64,000 nucleotides of DNA from Bacteroidales bacterium (GTDB lineage: Bacteria; Bacteroidota; Bacteroidia; Bacteroidales; WCHB1-69). The DNA lies in contig JBGUYY010000082.1 of assembly GCA_045222555.1 (NCBI GenBank), forward strand, positions 19,094 through 83,093. Direction: 5' to 3'. Below, piece after piece: positions 21,313-28,831 of this stretch (position 1 is its first letter; each line of letters opens with the position of its first letter). The notes beneath the pieces were generated by a model, which was not told the origin of the DNA, did no database searches, and saw nothing but the letters and a program-made list of their open reading frames with translations. The translations under genes were made by a program, and so were the position numbers.

Positions 21313-22871
21313 CCGAGATACAGATTTCCAACATCCGCATTCCCGTCACCGTTCCGCAGGAGCGGCTTCGCGACATGGTGCTTCAGAAATTCGCCATTGA
21401 AGAGGATAATGTTTTGGATTTCAAAATCTTGCGTGCGTCAGTAGATGCTCGAAAGAAGAGCGATGTGGTGTATGATTATCGGGTGCGATTATCCCTAAAA
21501 AGTGTTAATGATACGTTGCTGAAACATCTTGATGTGAAACTTTACGAGCCGCCCGCGCCAATGCAATATCCGAAATGGCCGCATCAGCTGCGTCCGGTGG
21601 TCGTGGGTTTCGGTCCCGCCGGGATGTTCGCAGCCCTCTACCTGGCCCGCTGCGGGGCGCGTCCTATTGTGGTGGAACGCGGCAGCTGCATTGAAGCGCG
21701 CAAGCAGGAGGTGCAGAAGTTCATGAAAGAGCGCGTGTTGGACCCCGACTCGAACGTGCAGTTCGGCGAGGGCGGCGCCGGCACCTTCTCCGACGGCAAG
21801 CTCACCACCAACCTGCACAACGAGCACATCGGCTTTGTGCTGGAGGAGTTCTACCGGCACGGCGCCACCGAGGATGTCACCTACGCCGCGCAGCCCCATG
21901 TGGGCACCGACTACTTGGAGAAGGTGGTGCGCAACATCCGCCAGGAAATCATCGAGCTGGGCGGCGAAGTCCACTTCAACACCTGCTTCACCGACTACAC
22001 CTCCCACCCCGACCATCATCTTACCATACTTTGTAACAACGATTTACAATTTGAAACCCAGCATCTTCTGCTCTGCCTGGGGCATTCAGCCCGCGACACC
22101 ATCCGCCATCTTTACCAAAAAGGATTGGAGATGGAGCCCAAGAGTTTCTCCATTGGCGTGCGGGTGGAACATTTGCAGAAGAAGGTGAACGCCATGCAAT
22201 ACGGCCGCTTCGCTTCCTGTCTGCCGCCGGCCTCTTACAAGGGGGCGGTACATCTGAAGGAGCGCGGCGTATATACATTCTGTATGTGTCCGGGCGGCAC
22301 CGTGATGGCCTCGGCGAGCGAGCCGAACACCATTGTCACCAACGGCATGAGCGAGAAGAGCCGCGACAAGGCCAACGCCAACAGCGCGCTGTTGGTGAGC
22401 GTGGAGCCTTCCGACTTCTACCGCGAGTCGCCGCTCGATGGCTTAGACTATCAGGAGGTTTTCGAGCGCAAGGCCTTCGAGGTGGCCCGCGACTACCGGG
22501 CTCCTGCCAACCTGATGCGCGAGTTTTTGGCCGGCAAGGTGGCCACTGCCCCTCGGAGTGTGAAGCCGTCGTACCCGCACGGCGTGGTGTTCTGCGACCT
22601 GAAGCGCTGTCTGCCCGACTATGTGGTGGCGGCCCTGCGCGAGGCGGTGCCGCAGTTCGACCGCCGACTGCGCGGCTTCAACGATCCAGATGCGGTGCTG
22701 ACGGGTGTGGAGACGCGCTCCTCCTCGCCGGTGCGGATTTTACGCAACGAGCTACGCCAAAGCAACATAGAAGGCATCTATCCTGTCGGGGAAGGGGCGG
22801 GCTACGCAGGGGGCATCACCTCCGCCGCCATCGACGGGCTGCGGACTGCTATTGCGATAGCTGGGGAGTAA
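21309..22871 (+). CDS. FAD-dependent protein (COG2509-like uncharacterised dehydrogenase)
   Basis: VVGFGPAGMFAAL Rossmann motif and typical ~520-aa architecture. ATGA overlap with the upstream gene. Confidence 0.65.
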
Positions 22872-22916
22872 AACATCCACTATCGTTAATTTAATATAAT
22901 CCATACTACTGAAAAC

Positions 22917-23576
22917 ATGGAGAATCCTACAGACAAACAGAAAGGGAAAGAAAAACCATTATTTAAACACAAAACCGCGCTTGTTTTGACAGTGTTAACC
23001 GTGGTTTTATGGGTGACTTTCGCCACTGTTAGGTTGCTTTTGCCAAAGTTCACGCATTTGGCATATATGGGCGACGGTTGGCTGCTCATAGCGGCCACAA
23101 TACTCACTTCCGTGACATGTGCTTGTTGGTTTCATATACTTTCTAAACCATGGCATCCTATTGGGAAGGTTGTGTTATGGATAGTCTATCCCGTGCTTAC
23201 ACTCTTTTGGTTATTTTGCATTTTGTTTGGATATGGGTATTTGGAACGGGATATTCTGACAGACAGATCCATAAAAGCCACAAATGATGAACATTACGTG
23301 CTTCATCGCAACTTTGATGGCACTGTCAACCTTACTTCATTATACCACCGACAAGGTTTTCTCGAAAAGGAGGTCTGTTGGCTCGACTTCTACTCCCCCT
23401 ACACTTCAAAGGAGACTCTTCAGGTTTATGAAGATTTAGATGTCATTGTTTTCGAATACTTTGATGATTATTCAAAGCAAGGCCAAAAAGACCTGTATCA
23501 TTTCAATGGAGATTTGTATGAAGGGGCGGCGCGGGATTCTGTTTTATGCCTGCTCCCTCCTTCTAAATCAGAATAA
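22917..23576 (+). CDS. hypothetical membrane protein (3 TM plus ~110-aa soluble C-terminal domain)
   Basis: ORF with three clear hydrophobic segments in the AT-rich island. No family recognised. Confidence 0.5.
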   Translation: MENPTDKQKGKEKPLFKHKTALVLTVLTVVLWVTFATVRLLLPKFTHLAYMGDGWLLIAATILTSVTCACWFHILSKPWHPIGKVVLWIVYPVLTLFWLFCILFGYGYLERDILTDRSIKATNDEHYVLHRNFDGTVNLTSLYHRQGFLEKEVCWLDFYSPYTSKETLQVYEDLDVIVFEYFDDYSKQGQKDLYHFNGDLYEGAARDSVLCLLPPSKSE

Positions 23577-23597
23577 AATATCGTAGGAGTAAGATAC

Positions 23598-24374
23598 TTA
23601 ATTCTCCTCCAGCACTTTCCATAAATCATCATCAAAATATCCGTTGTTATCAGATTCTATAGAACAAGCGCAGTCCGCTTTTACGGGATGCGACGGATAG
23701 ACCGTATGATAGAGTACGACACGGCTTTCAAGGGGCATTCCTTCCAGAGGGTCCTTGTCACCCGTGAGGCGCATTCCCAGCACCAAGGCGGGGTCGTGCA
23801 ACGGCGCTCTCCAGCCATCGAAAATACAAATGCGGGTGTGATAACGGAAATGCATTCCCAAGATGCGTTCCGTCATCGGATTTTTGGTGGCATATTCTTC
23901 ATTCTGAATCTTTTTGGCGGCACTGGAGAACAACAATGCCGACACAATGGCACCCACCACACATAAGGTAACGCCGCTAAAATACCAGATTCTGACAACG
24001 TTACGGACAGGATGCACCACATTCTTCCAAATCAACAAGAAAAGAAACCATATTGGCACAGGGAACAGCAATATTCCCCATTCCAAGAAAAGCAACCAAT
24101 AGGCGTAAACACCGGTACTAATGCCGCAAATCAGCGCATTAACCTGCCAAAAGCGAGTGCGTTCAATCCACGTGAAGGTGATAATGTTAATGAAACAGAT
24201 GATTTGCAATATCATTGCCCAGGGGACAAAGACACAAAAACCACCATTAATTGTGACATTAATCAATATGGAAACAACAATGAGAATTGCATTCACAATA
24301 GGGAACTTACGGTCCCATTTCTTCTGATCGCCAAGCTGCTGAAAGAAAAGACGGATATTTTTCATGGAAATCAT
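23598..24374 (-). CDS. hypothetical membrane protein (~5 TM plus ~110-aa soluble C-terminal domain)
   Basis: Start moved to MISMKNIRLFF because the longer ORF runs into repeat copy A. No family recognised. Confidence 0.5.
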   Translation of the reverse strand: MISMKNIRLFFQQLGDQKKWDRKFPIVNAILIVVSILINVTINGGFCVFVPWAMILQIICFINIITFTWIERTRFWQVNALICGISTGVYAYWLLFLEWGILLFPVPIWFLFLLIWKNVVHPVRNVVRIWYFSGVTLCVVGAIVSALLFSSAAKKIQNEEYATKNPMTERILGMHFRYHTRICIFDGWRAPLHDPALVLGMRLTGDKDPLEGMPLESRVVLYHTVYPSHPVKADCACSIESDNNGYFDDDLWKVLEEN

Positions 24375-24484
24375 TGATGAACTACCTTGGGAATAACGGA
24401 TGACATAAACGGAATATTGCAAGGAGTATTTGACTTTTGAATCAATAGTGCTAAGAGGCCGAATCAGACATGGGTGATTTCGTG

Positions 24485-24606
24485 ACGCGCTCCCAGAGGG
24501 AGAAATTTTCAATAACTCCGCATGCAATGTGGGGTGCGGACAAGGCCATCCATATCATAGCGTGCAGGAAGCACGCGCTTACATTCATCCATTGAGAACG
24601 CGTGCC
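24485..24606 (+). repeat. 122-nt structured repeat, copy A
   Basis: 113/122 identical and ungapped to 26089..26210, same orientation. Three hairpins at 24490-24502, 24516-24534 and 24560-24576. Confidence 0.9.
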
Positions 24607-24650
24607 CGTTCGCCCTAAATAAAAAAAATTAGACTTTAAGACATCACAAG

Positions 24651-24684
24651 TTTAACGTACTCGAAATATCAAGTAATAAAAACT
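24651..24684 (-). repeat. 34-nt post-stop box, copy 1 (tttaacgtactcgaaatatcaagtaataaaaact on +)
   Basis: 32/34 identical to 25043..25076. Abuts the stop codon of the 24683..24997 gene. Confidence 0.85.
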
Positions 24685-24997
24685 ATTTCTCCCTGCAAGT
24701 GGTGTTATAGTGTAGGCGGAGTCCTACTTCAGGATGGTCAACCCCGACAGAGTCGTAATAGTTGAGCGATTCGCAGTCGTCAGACTGGAGAAGCGTGTCA
24801 TAAATGTATGTCTTGGGTTGGACTACTATGTCAGATTTATCATAGTAACCCCCTCCTGAAGCGAGCCATGCTGCCGAGTCCACTACTTCGTTGGCGATAC
24901 CGCTTGCACATTCACAAAGATGCTCTTTCTTGCAGCCCGTGACCATAATGGCCAGTGCGACAGTGACAAAATACAATGGAATTAGAATTTTTTTCAT
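24683..24997 (-). CDS. small putative lipoprotein (104 aa)
   Basis: MKKILIPLYFVTVALAIMVTGC is a signal peptide plus lipobox. Five further Cys residues. Confidence 0.55.
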   Translation of the reverse strand: MKKILIPLYFVTVALAIMVTGCKKEHLCECASGIANEVVDSAAWLASGGGYYDKSDIVVQPKTYIYDTLLQSDDCESLNYYDSVGVDHPEVGLRLHYNTTCREK

Positions 24998-25016
24998 GTG
25001 GTAAGGATTTATATTA

Positions 25017-25041
25017 ACTTTTCAATTCTCAGTTTTCAGTG
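25017..25041 (-). repeat. GA-rich heptamer array, 3 units, minus orientation (gaaaact gagaatt gaaaagt)
   Basis: Reverse complement of acttttcaattctcagttttcagtg. Lies downstream of the minus-strand OMP gene and 34-nt box copy 2. Confidence 0.7.
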
Positions 25042-25042
25042 T

Positions 25043-25076
25043 TTTAACGTACTCGAAATATCAGGTCATAAAAACT
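25043..25076 (-). repeat. 34-nt post-stop box, copy 2
   Basis: tttaacgtactcgaaatatcaggtcataaaaact, 21 nt below the stop of the 25097..25684 gene. Confidence 0.85.
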
Positions 25077-25096
25077 GTTGGTGACGGTGAAATCAG

Positions 25097-25684
25097 CTAA
25101 AACCGGTGGGTATAGCCGACATTCAGCATGATGTTGTAGCGGGGAATATCGTGGCTCCAATTGTACGAGTTGTCATGGTATACATGCTCGAACCCTTCAA
25201 TGATTGCTCCGTGTAAACCAATTTCAATTTGGTCGTTTGAGGTGATGGGAATATAACCTCCTAAGCCGATTGTACCTCCCACATGGAGTATTTCTTTGGC
25301 ATTGGCAGCGGTGGGGGTGTTAAGGGCGATGCCAAACAGCGCGCCACCTCGCACATAGAAATGATGAACGTGAAACTCCATTTCACAAGGGAATTGCAGG
25401 CTATTTATGCCCATTTCACCTTGATTGCCGAAAAAGCCTTCGTAACGTATGCCTGCCAGCACTCTCCACAAGTGATGAAAATCGTAGCTCATGCCCACCC
25501 CCAGACCGAAACCGGGAGTAACCCCCTCCTGAAAGATAGGATAACGGCAGAATCCGCCGCCCACTTGAGCCGTAATACCATATTGCTTTTGAAAACCAGA
25601 CTCTTCAGAAGTCTGTGCCATCGTGGAGACTGCACAGCCCAAAATGATGATGAGGATGAAGGATTTGATTTTTAAGCTATTCAT
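25097..25684 (-). CDS. small outer-membrane beta-barrel protein (porin-family/OmpW-like)
   Basis: Signal peptide MNSLKIKSFILIIILGCAVSTMAQ, Gly/aromatic alternating strands, and C-terminal ...GYTHRF ending in Phe. Confidence 0.6.
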   Translation of the reverse strand: MNSLKIKSFILIIILGCAVSTMAQTSEESGFQKQYGITAQVGGGFCRYPIFQEGVTPGFGLGVGMSYDFHHLWRVLAGIRYEGFFGNQGEMGINSLQFPCEMEFHVHHFYVRGGALFGIALNTPTAANAKEILHVGGTIGLGGYIPITSNDQIEIGLHGAIIEGFEHVYHDNSYNWSHDIPRYNIMLNVGYTHRF

Positions 25685-25797
25685 AGTATAAGTACTCTTT
25701 AATTTTCGAATCATGGGGACTTCTATTTTTACTATTTTCTCGCCAACTCCCCAGACCTTGCGAAGTCCGTTAGACAAAGACTGAAAAGTTGACGCTG

Positions 25798-25805
25798 CAA
25801 AGTTA
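25798..25805 (-). promoter_or_regulatory. -7 promoter box TAACTTTG (minus strand)
   Basis: About 110 nt upstream of ATG 25684, or about 80 nt upstream of the alternative ATG 25714. Confidence 0.45.
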
Positions 25806-26088
25806 CATATTATTTTCTCATTTCCAACAATTTAGCTATATTTTTTTGAAATTTATCGGGGGGGGTAATATATTGGTATTCAGTGTGTTATAAAATTCAA
25901 TTCATACCCAATCGTTTGATCTGTTCGTATCTGATGAGGTTGTAAACCAGTCCGGAGAAGATGATGTAGACCGCATTTAGGAGAAAGCCCACTAACGTAC
26001 CCCTCCCCTACCCTCCCCAACTTCCCAATAACCGTCCGAAAGCAACGCAGCGACAAGAAATTGCCGCTGATTTTTGTTCAGCTCTTTA

Positions 26089-26210
26089 ACGCGCTCCCGG
26101 AGGGAGCAAGTTTCAATAACCCCACATGCAATGTGGGGTACGGGCAAGGCCATCCATATCATAGCGTGCAGGAAGCACGCGCTTTCATTCATTCATTGAG
26201 AACGCGTGCC
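26089..26210 (+). repeat. 122-nt structured repeat, copy B
   Basis: See copy A. Hairpins CTCCC-GGA-GGGAG (26094-26106), CCCCACAT-GCA-ATGTGGGG (26120-26138) and GCGTGC-AGGAA-GCACGC (26164-26180). Confidence 0.9.
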
Positions 26211-26243
26211 TTTGGCACGATTATTGCCAAGGTCGACACTTGC

Positions 26244-27461
26244 CTACTGCTCCCAAAACTTCATCCAGGCCTTTTCTTCGTCTGTAAGAGGCTCTTTTTC
26301 GGGCTTGTACGCTGGATTGGGAACATACCAACTGGCACCGGAGAAATATTCTTGCAACCGCTTTTCATCAAACACATATCCGTGATATGCCAATGGGAAG
26401 TGCTGTAGAATGTATTTTTCATTCGTTGAAATAGAGGTAGTATCACCTCCCCCGTATGAAATATAACCAGTAAAATAATGAGGATTCAGTTTCTGATATT
26501 CCCACTGAAAGGCTTTCATCCATTGTCCAACCTCTTCGTTATTTTTCCAGAACCACGTAATCAATTGTGGTCTGCGAATAAACAGCTCGCCATCTGGGTG
26601 GAAGTTCTCGCGATGAAAGCTAATGCCTCCCTTTTGGATGTGAAAAAAACTACGTTGTTGTTCATCATATGAATCCAATACGGTGTAGTTTTTATTGCCT
26701 ATACCATTAATGGTCCAGTCGTCGTTGTCTTTAAAGAAGGTGGGAGCTATCGCAAACGACTCACAATCACCCAAATTAATATTCAACGTGAAATCGTCAA
26801 TCTGGTGGTTTGCCCAGCGATTGGCAGCGGTCAGAATATAGTCGAACCAGTAGTAGTCACCAACATACATGGACAATTCATAATTGTAAGTGTGCTGGAT
26901 AACATTCAGTCCTTTATTGAAATGGGCTTTGAAATGATACACATAGTGGAAAGGACACTCCAAGCCTGGATAATTACGAAGCGTATCTTTGCACTGCTGA
27001 GAAGTCAGCGACTGAATTTTCCCATTTTGAAAATAGGGATGAGAGAAGTCAGTACCTTTATTTTTTTTATTATCAGAAAAATAAAAGGGAATACCATCGG
27101 CAGTGGTAAGATAGGGGACATGAGCAATATCATAAGAAAGAATGTCCCCATTCATCATTACCACAAAATCATGTATGTAAGGTTGTTGGGGAAAATTAAA
27201 AAGATAGTTCCCATTATAGGGGGCTGGCGCCTCGAAGCCCACCAGCAGATCCTTTGCGTCCACGGGATTGAAAAACTCGTAATAAACCGTCACCTCCAGA
27301 TGGCGGCCGACACGGTTGATAGTCAAAATTTCCTTCTGAACACGGATGTCACTCTCGTTAATCGGAATGAGCTGGTTCCCAACGGCACGGAATGAGGCAT
27401 CATTGGCGGAAAGCAAGGTCAACGCCAAAAGGAAAAGAAAGAAACAGAACGACTTTTTCAT
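26244..27461 (-). CDS. secreted protein with C-terminal YARHG domain (N-terminal part DUF4424-like)
   Basis: Signal peptide. The C-terminal LAYHGYVFDEKRLQEYFSGASWYVPNP fits the YARHG consensus (ARHGY.F....L..YF....WY.P). Confidence 0.6.
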   Translation of the reverse strand: MKKSFCFFLFLLALTLLSANDASFRAVGNQLIPINESDIRVQKEILTINRVGRHLEVTVYYEFFNPVDAKDLLVGFEAPAPYNGNYLFNFPQQPYIHDFVVMMNGDILSYDIAHVPYLTTADGIPFYFSDNKKNKGTDFSHPYFQNGKIQSLTSQQCKDTLRNYPGLECPFHYVYHFKAHFNKGLNVIQHTYNYELSMYVGDYYWFDYILTAANRWANHQIDDFTLNINLGDCESFAIAPTFFKDNDDWTINGIGNKNYTVLDSYDEQQRSFFHIQKGGISFHRENFHPDGELFIRRPQLITWFWKNNEEVGQWMKAFQWEYQKLNPHYFTGYISYGGGDTTSISTNEKYILQHFPLAYHGYVFDEKRLQEYFSGASWYVPNPAYKPEKEPLTDEEKAWMKFWEQ

Positions 27462-27510
27462 GATGCAAAATGTTTATGGATGATAAACGAAATGGAATGG
27501 GAAAAAATTG

Positions 27511-27518
27511 TACTTTTG
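27511..27518 (+). promoter_or_regulatory. -7 promoter box TACTTTTG
   Basis: 23 nt upstream of ATG 27541. Confidence 0.6.
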
Positions 27519-27540
27519 CACGCTAAATTGAGCTGTCAAA

Positions 27541-28773
27541 ATGAGCAAGACCTTCTCCATCCATACTCTGGGCTGCAAGCTGAACTTCAGCGAGTCGTCG
27601 GAGATTGCCCGGCGGCTGCAGGAACGCGGCTTTGCCCTCTCCGAACAGCCCGAGACCATCATCGTGAACAGCTGCGCGGTGACCGCCACCGCCGAAAAGA
27701 AGGTGCGCAACCTGACCTCCCATCTGCACAAGCTGTCACCCGACGCACAGATTGTGGTGCTCGGCTGCTACGCCGCCCTGCGGTCGGAAGAGATCCTTCG
27801 ATGGCCCGGTGTGGCCGCCACTTTCGGCAACGAGGACAAGATGAATGTGGTGCCGTTCCTGTGCGGCGAACCGCTATCCACCAACCTCCGCTTCTCGGCC
27901 GCCTTCTCGTCGAACGACCGCACCCGCTCGTTCCTGAAAATACAGGACGGCTGCGACTACCACTGCACCTACTGCACCGTATGGAAAGCCCGTGGCGAGA
28001 GCCGCAGCGACAGCATCCCCAACGTGCTGGCGCAGATCGACCGCATCGTCGAGATGGGCATCAAAGAGGTGAACCTCACCGGAGTGAACCTCGGCGACTT
28101 CGGCCGGAAAGACGGGAGCAGTTTCTACGAGTTGCTCCGCGCCATCGAGAAGCGGCACTACCCGCTGCGTTTCCGCATCTCCTCCATCGAGCCCAACCTG
28201 CTGACCGATGAAATCATCGCGTTGGCGGCGCAGTCGAAGGTCATCATGCCGCATTTCCACATCCCGCTGCAGTCGGCGTGCAACCGCGTGCTGGGTGAAA
28301 TGCACCGCCGCTACACACGGGAACTGTATGCCGAAAAGGTGCAACGCATCCGCCAGATGATTCCCGACGCCTGCATCGCCATGGATATCATCGCGGGCTT
28401 CCCCGGCGAGACCGATGAGGAATTTACTGACGGACTGCAATTTCTGGAAGACTTGAACATCAGCTACTGCCATGTTTTCACCTACTCGAAACGTCCCGGC
28501 ACACCGGCAGCCGCCATGTCGCAGCAGGTGCCGCCACCCGTGAAAAGAGAGCGCACCAACCAGCTGCTCGAACTGTCGGAACGCAAGAAGATCGCCTTCT
28601 ACCGCCAACATATCGGCGAAAAACGCCCCGTGCTCATCGAGTCGGAAAAGAAAGGCAACCTCATGTTCGGCTTTACCGACAATTATATCAAACTGCAAAT
28701 CCCCTACGACATCAGTAAAGAAAATTCTATTCAAATTATTGAAATTCAAGAAGATAATCTTTCTTTTAAATAA
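27541..28773 (+). CDS. mtaB: tRNA t6A37 methylthiotransferase MtaB (radical SAM, MiaB-like)
   Basis: N-terminal UPF0004 domain (TLGCKLNFSES), radical SAM CDYHCTYC motif and C-terminal TRAM-like region. Confidence 0.85.
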   Translation: MSKTFSIHTLGCKLNFSESSEIARRLQERGFALSEQPETIIVNSCAVTATAEKKVRNLTSHLHKLSPDAQIVVLGCYAALRSEEILRWPGVAATFGNEDKMNVVPFLCGEPLSTNLRFSAAFSSNDRTRSFLKIQDGCDYHCTYCTVWKARGESRSDSIPNVLAQIDRIVEMGIKEVNLTGVNLGDFGRKDGSSFYELLRAIEKRHYPLRFRISSIEPNLLTDEIIALAAQSKVIMPHFHIPLQSACNRVLGEMHRRYTRELYAEKVQRIRQMIPDACIAMDIIAGFPGETDEEFTDGLQFLEDLNISYCHVFTYSKRPGTPAAAMSQQVPPPVKRERTNQLLELSERKKIAFYRQHIGEKRPVLIESEKKGNLMFGFTDNYIKLQIPYDISKENSIQIIEIQEDNLSFK

Positions 28774-28831
28774 AAAACAACTGTAACAAAAGCCGCATTA
28801 TTTCGTAATAGTCACGAATAATCATACGACA

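Noticed and set aside
24375-24527. N-terminal 51-aa extension of ORF 23598..24527.
   Set aside because: The extension runs into repeat copy A and has no signal or TM character. The internal Met (MISMKNIRLFF...) directly precedes the first TM segment.
25992-26192. 66-aa minus-strand ORF covering repeat copy B, with a matching 45-codon ORF over copy A. This could be read as a conserved small protein MN(V/E)SACFLHAMIWMAL...
   Set aside because: Of the 8 nucleotide differences inside the shared ORF, 6 change the amino acid, including W/R, F/C and S/P. The two silent ones are the stem positions explained by RNA or DNA pairing. The tails after the repeat are unrelated. I therefore treat the repeat as non-coding.
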